A stretch of DNA of 64,000 nucleotides from Acidimicrobiaceae bacterium. GTDB lineage: Bacteria; Actinomycetota; Acidimicrobiia; Acidimicrobiales; Ilumatobacteraceae. Below, one piece after another: positions 19,795 to 28,429 of this stretch; the first letter of the stretch is position 1; each line of letters starts with the position of its first letter. A model generated the notes under the pieces. That model made no database searches. It was not told where the DNA came from and was given only the letters and a program-made list of their open reading frames with translations. The stretch lies in the NCBI GenBank assembly GCA_013204455.1, contig JABMNW010000192.1, forward strand, positions 2,682 through 66,681, in the 5' to 3' direction. The position numbers and the translations under genes were made by a program.

Positions 19795-20360
19795 TTATTC
19801 TTCCCCTTGCCTTCTACTTTCTTTTCAAGGTCGGGCCTCTGTCCCGCATCAAAGTATTTCAGTGACCAGTCTGCACCCTGCCAAGTTGTCAACTTTTGGT
19901 TTACTGGAGTGAGTTTGACCAAATATCTTTCCCAACCGTACGAAGCAACAAGTTGCTCTGGGCCACTAGGCCCCGAATAGCGTGTTGCCATCTCGTTTGC
20001 TACCGGCACCCATTTTGAGTTTTCGCCCTTGGCAGGACCCTCAACAATTTCTGCTCTACATTTAGCAAGAACTTTTCTTATTCTTGGATGAGCTAGCTCT
20101 TCGATACATATCGCACATCGGTCGTCCTTCTTTAAAAGTTCCACCCATTTTGAACGTTTCCGTCCAATAACATAGAAAGCTTCGCCGGTCCATTGGTACC
20201 AAAGCGGAACTGATGTTGGCCAACCATCATTATCCAAACACGACAGTTTTAACAACCATCTACTGGTCGGGCTCGCAAGAAACTCTGCGACTTCATCTAG
20301 GTTCATTCCACCAGCGCTTGAGCCCTCTTCGTAGTATCGCTCCTGTTTAAAATCACTCAC
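19791..20360 (-). CDS. PPOX-like split-barrel protein, paralogue 2 (most divergent)
   Basis: SVPLWYQWTGEAFYVIGRKRSKW aligns with the WYHWDG block of the other two paralogues. It is the first gene of the minus-strand operon. Confidence 0.6.
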   Translation of the reverse strand: MSDFKQERYYEEGSSAGGMNLDEVAEFLASPTSRWLLKLSCLDNDGWPTSVPLWYQWTGEAFYVIGRKRSKWVELLKKDDRCAICIEELAHPRIRKVLAKCRAEIVEGPAKGENSKWVPVANEMATRYSGPSGPEQLVASYGWERYLVKLTPVNQKLTTWQGADWSLKYFDAGQRPDLEKKVEGKGKNN

Positions 20361-20458
20361 AACGCCACCATTCCATGCGATTTGCAGATTGGATTTTATA
20401 TAGTATAACTTGGCGTGATTGGCTACGTCAAATCTGCGCTGATAGATAGGGCCATCCA

Positions 20459-22219
20459 GTGAGTTTCAAATCCTCAACTTCTCAAAAAATCCCTGGCTTT
20501 GATGTAGTGGTCGAGCGTGATGCGATTTGCGAAATGCGTGATGGCGTAATCCTGCGAAGTGATATCTATCGACCTGATGCACCTGGAACTTACCCAGTAC
20601 TGCTGGCACGGGGGCCATACGACAAGTGTGTTGCCTTATCATCATTTGGAAATTCGCACGCAGCTTGGTTTGCAGAACATGGCTACATCGTGATCATCCA
20701 AGACACTCGTGGGAGATATTCATCCGACGGAGTTTTCTATCCATTTGCAAACGAAGCTCACGATGGATTTGATTCAGTTGAATGGGCGGCAAAAGTATCT
20801 GGGTCAGATGGGCAAGTTGGAATGTTTGGGTTTTCATATCTAGGGGCGACACAACTGCTTGCCGCAGTATTAAAACCTCCATCGCTTAAGGCAATTGTGC
20901 CTGCGTTTACTGCTTCCCAATACTTTGATGGATGGACATACAACGGTGGCGCATTTGCATTGGCCTTCAACTGCTATTGGGCAAATCTTTTATCAATCGA
21001 AACTGCGGGTCGAGCAGGTGACATTGAATCCATGGAAGCGCTCGTGACCAGTCTCGGATCTGCGAACAACTGGTTTTGGTCTGTCCCTCTCAAGGATTAT
21101 CCGCCGTTGAAAAATAAATATGCTCCATACTTTTTTGACTGGTTAGAACACCCAACTTACGACGAATACTGGCGACGCTGGAGCATCGATGAAAATTATT
21201 CACAAATCGATGTTCCTGCTTTACACATCGGCGGCTGGTATGACATCTTTCTTTCTGGAACTGTAAAAAACTTCTGCGGTATATCCCGCGATGGTAGTTC
21301 TGAGAAAACGCGGAACTCGCAAAAACTCCTGATCGGCCCATGGACCCACATGCCCTGGAGTCCAGTTGGAAATACAGGAAAAACTGAGCCGAGTACATCA
21401 GTCATCGACGACTGGACTTTGCGGTGGTTTGATGAATTTTTGAAGAATAAACATACTGGCGTTCTAGAGAACCCCGTAACCCTCTACCCAGTAAATGGGG
21501 AAAGACGGGATTATTCTTCTTGGCCCAATGGTGATGTAAGCGTTCGAGAGTGGTTTCTTCATTCTGATGGTCGTGCAAACTCCAAGTTTGGTGATGGACG
21601 ATTAGACCAAAAGCAACCAAGAAATGAACACGCCGACCTGTTTATATCGGACCCAGCAATCCCAATCCAAAGCAATGGTGGACATAGTTGCTGTTTCGAC
21701 GCGATTACTCCAATGGGACCTGCAGATCAAAATACGAGTGAGTCTTCACGTATGGTCCTTGTATACACAAGTGAGCCCTTTGCTAAGGAAACTCTGATAG
21801 TTGGCGATGCGAGTCTCCTGATATTTGCTAGTTCATCTGCAATTGACACCGATTTCGCTGCGCGGCTTTGTGAAGTGAGCATCGACGGCGTAAGCACGAA
21901 TATCCAAGAAGGAATAATCCGTTCTAAATATCAGAATTCGCTTGAGCACCCTAATTTCAATGAGCCAAATGTAATCCACGAGTACACAATTCAACTTGGC
22001 CCTGTTGGTTATTTAATGGCGAAAGGTTCAAAACTACGTGTTGCTATCGCCGGCAGTGACTTTCCACAGTGGGATAGAAATACTCAGTCCGGCAAACATA
22101 ACTTTGACGAACGGTTGTCCCAGTTTCAGCCAGCAACTCAAGTGCTCTTCCATGATGAGACTCGACAAAGTCGGCTTCGAATTTCTGTTTTGAGCTCACC
22201 AAGCAGATTCACGAAATAG
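20459..22219 (+). CDS. CocE/NonD-family (S15, X-Pro dipeptidyl-peptidase-like) hydrolase
   Basis: LLARGPYDK region, nucleophile elbow GFSYLG, about 586 aa with a C-terminal beta-sandwich-length extension. GTG start. Confidence 0.8.
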   Translation: MSFKSSTSQKIPGFDVVVERDAICEMRDGVILRSDIYRPDAPGTYPVLLARGPYDKCVALSSFGNSHAAWFAEHGYIVIIQDTRGRYSSDGVFYPFANEAHDGFDSVEWAAKVSGSDGQVGMFGFSYLGATQLLAAVLKPPSLKAIVPAFTASQYFDGWTYNGGAFALAFNCYWANLLSIETAGRAGDIESMEALVTSLGSANNWFWSVPLKDYPPLKNKYAPYFFDWLEHPTYDEYWRRWSIDENYSQIDVPALHIGGWYDIFLSGTVKNFCGISRDGSSEKTRNSQKLLIGPWTHMPWSPVGNTGKTEPSTSVIDDWTLRWFDEFLKNKHTGVLENPVTLYPVNGERRDYSSWPNGDVSVREWFLHSDGRANSKFGDGRLDQKQPRNEHADLFISDPAIPIQSNGGHSCCFDAITPMGPADQNTSESSRMVLVYTSEPFAKETLIVGDASLLIFASSSAIDTDFAARLCEVSIDGVSTNIQEGIIRSKYQNSLEHPNFNEPNVIHEYTIQLGPVGYLMAKGSKLRVAIAGSDFPQWDRNTQSGKHNFDERLSQFQPATQVLFHDETRQSRLRISVLSSPSRFTK

Positions 22220-22253
22220 GTTCAAGCAAACAATTCGAAACGGAGATACCAAA

Positions 22254-23039
22254 ATGCAGAGATTCGTTGGAAAAAATATTCTTATTACCGGAGCAGGAAG
22301 CGGTTTTGGTAGACGAACTGCCGAGTTATTTGCCTTGGAAGGGGCAAACAACATTTACCTTGTGGATCGGTTGCAAGATCGCCTCGATGCGACGGCAAAA
22401 GTTATTAAGGAACTCGGCGCAAATCCGGTGACAATCTGCGCTGACCTCGGCGACATGAAACAGTGTGCGGACGTGGTTGCCCAAGCACTAAGTAACGACA
22501 AGAAACTTGATGTACTAATCAGCAATGCAGCAGCATGGGCTGACGTACACTTTCTCGACATCACAGACGAGTCGTGGCGACATGTTCTATCTGTTGACCT
22601 TGATGCATATTTTGTTCTTGGACAACGAGCCGCAAGAGCAATGAAAGAAACAGGCGGCGGAGTGATCCTGTTTACGGCATCGATTAGCTCTCTCGGACAC
22701 GGTCGCGGATTTACCGCGTATGCAGTTGCCAAAACAGCCTTAGTCGCTCTCGCAAAAGCAATCGCAGTTGAATGTGCACCATTCAACATTCGTGCTAATT
22801 GTGTGAGCCCCGGTCCAGCAGACACACAGCAATCAGTCGATCTCGCCGGCAAAGAATTGATGGACAAATGGCGGACAAATGGATTTCCGGCTGTACCACT
22901 GAACCGATTGGCTTCGACAGATGACATCGCAAATACATTTTTATTTCTAGCTTCTGATGAAGCTAGGTATATTTCTGGAGCAAACTTCATCGTCGACGGC
23001 GGTCTCACCGCACAGGTTTACGACGTTCCAGATAATTGA
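22254..23039 (+). CDS. SDR-family oxidoreductase
   Basis: TGAGSGFG cofactor motif, YAVAK catalytic motif. Confidence 0.85.
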   Translation: MQRFVGKNILITGAGSGFGRRTAELFALEGANNIYLVDRLQDRLDATAKVIKELGANPVTICADLGDMKQCADVVAQALSNDKKLDVLISNAAAWADVHFLDITDESWRHVLSVDLDAYFVLGQRAARAMKETGGGVILFTASISSLGHGRGFTAYAVAKTALVALAKAIAVECAPFNIRANCVSPGPADTQQSVDLAGKELMDKWRTNGFPAVPLNRLASTDDIANTFLFLASDEARYISGANFIVDGGLTAQVYDVPDN

Positions 23040-23073
23040 AGAATTCAAAATCACGAAAGGGAACTAACTCCAA

Positions 23074-23412
23074 ATGATAAAAACTATTGGTACTGCATAT
23101 CGTCGTGAAGATTTTTCGAAAGAAGAATTCTTTGATTACTGGCTCAATGTTCATGCTCCAATCTCAAAACAAGCACCAGGAATTAGGGGTTATGTCGTCT
23201 CGGAGGTTGTCCGCAAGATTGCCGGCGAACTCGAGGTTGATGCATTCGTTGAACAGTGGTTCGACGATGAAGAGTCGTTGGCGCAAGCAACCGCATCAGA
23301 TGCCGGTCAGGCAGCATGGACCGATGTCAGTAATTACGCCAAGACAACTGGCACATTTTGGATTGCAAAACAGCACGTAATAGTGCCTCCGCCACAACTC
23401 TTCAATAGTTAG
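23074..23412 (+). CDS. EthD-domain protein
   Basis: 112 aa. Its length, its N-terminus (TAYRREDFSKEEFFDYWLNVHAPI) and the ferredoxin-like-fold pattern are typical of EthD proteins. Confidence 0.6.
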   Translation: MIKTIGTAYRREDFSKEEFFDYWLNVHAPISKQAPGIRGYVVSEVVRKIAGELEVDAFVEQWFDDEESLAQATASDAGQAAWTDVSNYAKTTGTFWIAKQHVIVPPPQLFNS

Positions 23413-23508
23413 ATATGTTCGTCTTTAGTAGACAGAAGTGCGTTTTGGATAGAAGTTATTTATTTGTTAGAATGTAATTAAATAATATAATAACCAAAGG
23501 AGATTGTC

Positions 23509-24063
23509 ATGGCAGAAAACTGGCGAGGGAAAATTGGTGCGATGTCGAAAGACCGAATGGATCTCTATCTAAGCGGAAATTCAAACGTCAGGATCGCAGC
23601 AATCGATGACAGTGGTCTGCCCCACATTGTTCCGGCTTGGTACCACTGGGATGGTGAATCTTTTTTCTTTGTACTTCGTGAGAGAGCTGAGATTGCAAAG
23701 CTTTTAAGTCGTCGACCAGAGGTCGGAATTGTAATTGACGAAGGTTCGGTAGCGGATGAGGTTAACAATCGATTTTTCGAAATGCCTAAAGTTTGGGCCC
23801 AAGGTCGAGCAGAAGTTATTGAGCAACCAAACACCGGGGGTAAGTGGGTTGAATATGCTCGGGCGATGGCGCTTAGATATCTCGGACCGAACGGACCCGA
23901 GTACATAACAGCGTCACTCGGTCAGCCAAGATGGCTATTCAAGCTGACGCCAACAGTTCTCAAAACATGGGAAGGCGTTGGCTGGGCAAAGAAGTACTGG
24001 GTTGATTCTGGCAAGGGTCCAAGTTACGAGGAAGCCCATGATGCTCGTCGCTCAGGAGCGTAA
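23509..24063 (+). CDS. PPOX-like split-barrel protein, paralogue 3
   Basis: PHIVPAWYHWDG, GGKWV, RYLGPNGPEY, QPRWL, WEGVGWAKKYW. All are shared with 4587..5135. AAGGAG lies upstream of the ATG. Confidence 0.7.
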   Translation: MAENWRGKIGAMSKDRMDLYLSGNSNVRIAAIDDSGLPHIVPAWYHWDGESFFFVLRERAEIAKLLSRRPEVGIVIDEGSVADEVNNRFFEMPKVWAQGRAEVIEQPNTGGKWVEYARAMALRYLGPNGPEYITASLGQPRWLFKLTPTVLKTWEGVGWAKKYWVDSGKGPSYEEAHDARRSGA

Positions 24064-24840
24064 TTGACGAATAATCCTCTCGACTTATTCCGCCTAACGG
24101 ACCGAGTCGCTCTCGTCACTGGAGGCTCTCGAGGATTAGGAGTCGTAATAGCTGGGGCGCTGGCGCGCGCTGGCGCGTCGGTAATCATCACTAGCACCAA
24201 TGATCAAGAGATTAAGGCACGAGCTGAAATTATTGCCGATTCGACAGGGCAGAAAATAATTGGAATTAGTGGTGACGTGTCTAATGAAAACGACTGTAAA
24301 CGGATTATTGACATCGCACAATCCTCATTCGGTCAATTAGACGTCCTTGTCAATAATGCGGGAATAAACATCAGGGGCGGAATTGAAGATCTCACTATCC
24401 AAGAGTTCGAGAGATCCCTTGCCGTAAATGTGACTGGCTCTTGGCTGATGTGCCGCGCCGCTAAACGATTACTTGAGAAGTCGAAATCAGCAAGAGTCAT
24501 CAATATGGGTTCTACTTTTGGCATGGTTGGTGCCGCAAACCGCACTCCCTACACAACTGCAAAGGGTGCGGTACACCAACTAACACGTGCCCTGGCGATG
24601 GAGTGGGCAAGTATTCCAATCACTGTGAATGCGCTCGCTCCTGGTCCATTCTTGACTGACATGAATATTTCACTCCAGTTTTCAGAACACGCAGTACGAG
24701 TAATAGAGCAAGAAATTGCACTGAAGCGTTGGGCAGAGTTGGACGAAATTGTCGGTCCTCTACTATTTCTTGCCTCGGACGCGTCGAGTTACGTCACTGG
24801 ATCAATACTCACCGTCGATGGCGGATGGACAACCCATTAG
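24064..24840 (+). CDS. SDR-family oxidoreductase
   Basis: TGGSRGLG cofactor motif, YTTAKGA catalytic motif. The TTG start directly follows the preceding TAA. Confidence 0.85.
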   Translation: MTNNPLDLFRLTDRVALVTGGSRGLGVVIAGALARAGASVIITSTNDQEIKARAEIIADSTGQKIIGISGDVSNENDCKRIIDIAQSSFGQLDVLVNNAGINIRGGIEDLTIQEFERSLAVNVTGSWLMCRAAKRLLEKSKSARVINMGSTFGMVGAANRTPYTTAKGAVHQLTRALAMEWASIPITVNALAPGPFLTDMNISLQFSEHAVRVIEQEIALKRWAELDEIVGPLLFLASDASSYVTGSILTVDGGWTTH

Positions 24841-24864
24841 TCGAAATTCGACAGTTTGGAGAAA

Positions 24865-25695
24865 ATGATGTCGTCAGGTATCGCTCATATTAACGGAACA
24901 AAAATATGGTACGAATTATCTGGCTCGGGTGATGTAGTTGTTCAAATCGGTGGAGCAGTTAGCGCGCATGAAGGGTACGAGACTGTTACACCCGATATCG
25001 CAAAACACTTCACTGTCCTTAACTATGACCACAGAGGTTACGGCCTCAGCGCTAGACCAAAACAGCAATATACGATTCAGACGTGGTGTGATGATCTTGA
25101 AGCATTGCTCGCTGAACTAAATATCGAGAAAGCTCACATTCATGGCGGATCAATGGGCAGTTTCATTGCAATTGCGTTTGCCATCAAGTATCCAAAGCGA
25201 GTGGGAAAATTACTATTAGGTGCAGGTGCAGTAGCTAAATGCGACGACATGGGAATCTCTCATTTTCGCGTTTGGCAATACCTGGCGAAATCTTATGGAG
25301 TTGGTTCTCCCGAGGTTGCAGACGAACTTGTAAATAAAGCATTCTCTCGCGAATACATCGATACCCAGAGTCGCGAAAAGTTGATTACTTTAATGCAAGA
25401 CACAGCACAAAGAAACGCTGACACAAATGTGTTTATCGATGCTTGTCAAGTGATGATCGACGCTGATGTCGGTTCAGATTTATCTGCGATCGAAGCCCCA
25501 ACTTTAGTTATGGTGGGCTCCGAAGATGTACTAACCCCACTCGATGCTGGACCAGCGGGTTTTGGTGCGCGCAAGGTGGCAGAAGCAATCAAGAGATCTG
25601 AGTTACGCGTTTTTGCGGGTAGCGGGCATGGACATTACGCGGAACGCGCGACAGAATCTATCGATGCAATTCTGGGATTCTTAAAAAATAGCTAG
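24865..25695 (+). CDS. alpha/beta-fold hydrolase
   Basis: HRGYGLS, nucleophile elbow HGGSMGS, C-terminal GSGHG. Start is ambiguous (TTG 24856, ATG 24865 or 24868). Confidence 0.8.
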   Translation: MMSSGIAHINGTKIWYELSGSGDVVVQIGGAVSAHEGYETVTPDIAKHFTVLNYDHRGYGLSARPKQQYTIQTWCDDLEALLAELNIEKAHIHGGSMGSFIAIAFAIKYPKRVGKLLLGAGAVAKCDDMGISHFRVWQYLAKSYGVGSPEVADELVNKAFSREYIDTQSREKLITLMQDTAQRNADTNVFIDACQVMIDADVGSDLSAIEAPTLVMVGSEDVLTPLDAGPAGFGARKVAEAIKRSELRVFAGSGHGHYAERATESIDAILGFLKNS

Positions 25696-25701
25696 TTGAG
25701 T

Positions 25702-26163
25702 TCAACCGGTCGTTGGGTTCCGCCAGATTGGTCCGCGCTCGATGACCTTGTCGAGGAGACCCTCTTCAAGATATGTCGGGTAGTCCCGTGCGTTCACTGG
25801 CTTGGCGACCTGGCCCTGGTATCCGAGTCGGGATCGGACACCCGCGTCGGTGTAGTAGCCAGCCACAATCACCATCTGCAGAGCCGCCTCGGCTTCGGGT
25901 TCGTGAGCGGCAAGGGCAGCAAGGCGGACAGAAGGATCGTCACCGAGTTCGTACCGTAACGCGGCGATGAGAGGGTCGAACAGATCCGGCCGGGTGCGTA
26001 AGACGAAGCGAAGCTGCGCTGCCGTTACGACTTCGCCGGCCGACGGCATCCCGTGTGCGGCCGGAATCAAATAATCGGCAACCGAAGCCAGCGTCGCGAT
26101 GCGATCGCGGCCGAGTTCGAACATCGAATCGCCGGGCGTGATCTCGACTGGTTCAGCATTCAT
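25702..26163 (-). CDS. gluconate 2-dehydrogenase subunit-3-like small protein (partner of the GMC oxidoreductase)
   Basis: 153 aa with an ATGA overlap to the GMC gene. Recognised by its pairing with a GMC flavoprotein and general sequence character. No Tat signal seen. Confidence 0.5.
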   Translation of the reverse strand: MNAEPVEITPGDSMFELGRDRIATLASVADYLIPAAHGMPSAGEVVTAAQLRFVLRTRPDLFDPLIAALRYELGDDPSVRLAALAAHEPEAEAALQMVIVAGYYTDAGVRSRLGYQGQVAKPVNARDYPTYLEEGLLDKVIERGPIWRNPTTG

Positions 26164-27782
26164 CTTGGCACCTGTTGATCAAAGCGGGTATTTACCATGT
26201 GGTCAGCGGCTCGGAGCGCTACAGCGCAGATGGTTGACGTCGGGTTGACGCCACCGGATGTGACGAAGCAGCTCCCATCGACAACGTAGAGATTGGCCAC
26301 GTCGTGTGATCGGTTCCAACGATTGAGTACCGATGTTGTCGGATCTTCACCCATTCGCGCAGTGCCCAGCAAGTGCCAGCCTGAGTACTGCATTAGGCGG
26401 TCGACCTCGATGGTATGGGCCCCAGCGGCGAGCAGTGATTCCGATGCTTTGTCGATGTGGAAGTCCAGTAATTTGCGCGAGTTCTCCGACACTTTATAAT
26501 GCAGTTCGGGAGCGGGAATTCCAGACGAGTCGGTGATCGTGGACGAAAGGCCGACGCGATTGGATGGGTCGGGAAGATCCTCACCGAACAATCCCCAACT
26601 CGCACCGTGGCCGAACCGGGCTCGCATTTGGATGTGATGGTCAGGGCCCCACGCTTGTTTGCCCGCCCGACTCGGCAGTGCGGCGTTGATCGGTCCACCG
26701 GTAGGCGCTAGGCCCCATTTTGCACCGCGTACAAACCCTCGCCGCTGATCGGTCTCATAGAACTGGAACGACTCGATGGAGCAACCGAAGTGCCCCTGCC
26801 AACTTTCAAGATTGTCGTTGAACAGCCCCGTGACGCTCGCGAACGGATGCATCATCAGCCGAGTTCCGACCGTACCGCTCGAGTTGGCGAGCCCATCGGG
26901 GTGGGCGTTCGACGCCGACAGCAGTAGCAACCGTGCCGTGCCGATCGCATTGGCTGCCAACACGACAACATTTGCGGGTTGGAAGTGTTCGCGGCCGTCC
27001 TCGTCCAACCACAGTGCACCGGTGGCAAGACCCTGCGAGTTCGTCTCGATCCGCAGAACCCTGGCGCCTGTCAGGAGGCGAGCTCCATTGGCAATCGCAT
27101 GCGGCCAATGGGTGAGATCCGTCGAAGCTTTTGCCCCCTCGTTGCAGCCCTGCATGCAAGTACCGCGCTGCACACACTGGTGGCGACCCTCATATGGTGT
27201 CGAGAGGATGGCGTTGGGTTCTGGCCACCAGTGCCAGCCAAGGCGATCATGGGCTCGGGCGACCTTCAAGGCGCCCGGACCGATCGGCAACGGTGGCAGG
27301 GGCGGATCCTCGCCGGGCGGATATGCCGGATCGCCTCCGAGGCCCGACACCCCGATATGGCGATCATTGCGTTCGTAGAAAGGTCGCAACTCCTCGTATG
27401 TGAGCGGCCAGTCATCGGCGACCCCGTCAAGCGAGCGAACACGGAAGTCCGATGGCAGCATCCGCGGCCAGGCGCCAGCGAAGAGCAACATCGATCCTCC
27501 AACCCCGGCGAACATCAGCGGCGAGAGGTCCGAGTCCATGTCATCGACCGGGTAGTCCTCCGGCAGTCCACGCACATTCGGACTTCCTGACCATTGCTTT
27601 CGAGCCGTCAGTTCCCAATCCAGTTCAGTGCCGCGGTACTCACTGCGGTCGTGCCAGCGTCCTTGTTCGAGGCAGACCACGCTGTAGCCGGCTTCGGCGA
27701 GACGACGAGCAACGACGCCGCCAGATGCTCCGGCACCGATTATGAGGACGTCTGCAGGCTCAGTGCTCATGAGTTTCTTCAA
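26160..27782 (-). CDS. GMC-family FAD-dependent oxidoreductase
   Basis: N-terminal ADVLIIGAGASGGVVARRLAE Rossmann motif and C-terminal GMC block (HLLGTARMG...VVDGS). Start is TTG 27782 (TTGA overlap) or ATG 27770. Confidence 0.85.
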   Translation of the reverse strand: MKKLMSTEPADVLIIGAGASGGVVARRLAEAGYSVVCLEQGRWHDRSEYRGTELDWELTARKQWSGSPNVRGLPEDYPVDDMDSDLSPLMFAGVGGSMLLFAGAWPRMLPSDFRVRSLDGVADDWPLTYEELRPFYERNDRHIGVSGLGGDPAYPPGEDPPLPPLPIGPGALKVARAHDRLGWHWWPEPNAILSTPYEGRHQCVQRGTCMQGCNEGAKASTDLTHWPHAIANGARLLTGARVLRIETNSQGLATGALWLDEDGREHFQPANVVVLAANAIGTARLLLLSASNAHPDGLANSSGTVGTRLMMHPFASVTGLFNDNLESWQGHFGCSIESFQFYETDQRRGFVRGAKWGLAPTGGPINAALPSRAGKQAWGPDHHIQMRARFGHGASWGLFGEDLPDPSNRVGLSSTITDSSGIPAPELHYKVSENSRKLLDFHIDKASESLLAAGAHTIEVDRLMQYSGWHLLGTARMGEDPTTSVLNRWNRSHDVANLYVVDGSCFVTSGGVNPTSTICAVALRAADHMVNTRFDQQVPR

Positions 27783-28429
27783 CTTGAGGTGACGGAGTCG
27801 CGGCGTTCAAGCACCGTCAATAAAGTATCCGAATTCGTGACGATGGCAAACTTGGACTTCAGGTTCTTCAGTGTTGCCTGGTGCAATTCTGGGTCAAACG
27901 ACGAGACGCCATCGGCGGCGACAACAACTTCGAAGCCACGTCGGAAGCCCTCGCGGGCGGTTTCCTCGACGCAGATCTGGGTCACGGTGCCAACAAGCCA
28001 CACTTGGCGGACATTGGCGGCACGAAGAGCATCTTCGAGGATCGTGTCGTGGAACGAACCGTAGCCGAATTTATCGACGATCACCTCGTCGACGCGCGGT
28101 GTCAATTCATCCACCACCTGATGACCTTCGATCAAACCCCTGCGGTCGCCATATTCGCGTAGGACCCCAGGCCAGCACGAGCGCAATGGCCGCCCACATT
28201 CAGGGGAAAACCATCCGAGGTGCGATGAGTTGGGTCCTGCGGTATACCGCGTAAAGAAAACAGGCAAACCCTTCGCCCGTGCGCCCTCGAGTAGAGCCGC
28301 CACCGAGATGAGAGTCAAGCGTGCGTCAGGTACCTCTTGTGGGGCACCCACACGTACGAAGTCGTTCTGCAGATCGACGATGATCAGAGCCGCCGCCGAT
28401 GCATCTACCGTGAACGGGGTGTTGCTCAG
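27779..28429 (-). CDS. isochorismatase-family cysteine hydrolase; start codon non-canonical or lost
   Basis: Catalytic Cys block VGTVTQICVEETA. The family's N-terminal motif ALIIVDLQNDF is encoded at 28358-28390, upstream of the first ATG/GTG/TTG (GTG 28351). The only start-like codon in frame is CTG 28429-28427. Confidence 0.65.
   Translation of the reverse strand: MSNTPFTVDASAAALIIVDLQNDFVRVGAPQEVPDARLTLISVAALLEGARAKGLPVFFTRYTAGPNSSHLGWFSPECGRPLRSCWPGVLREYGDRRGLIEGHQVVDELTPRVDEVIVDKFGYGSFHDTILEDALRAANVRQVWLVGTVTQICVEETAREGFRRGFEVVVAADGVSSFDPELHQATLKNLKSKFAIVTNSDTLLTVLERRDSVTSS

Noticed and set aside
20384-20437. A 7-bp inverted repeat GCAGATT...AATCTGC in the divergent promoter between the PPOX-led operon and the CocE/NonD gene.
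   Set aside because: The arms are short and 40 nt apart, and similar elements are absent upstream of the other PPOX paralogues. This is not enough to call a regulatory site.
22355-23008. A 217-aa ORF antisense to the SDR gene. Similar antisense ORFs occur at 18213..18764, 52464..53063, 58338..59108 and 61383..62003.
   Set aside because: Each lies opposite a gene with unambiguous conserved motifs and has the biased composition typical of shadow ORFs.
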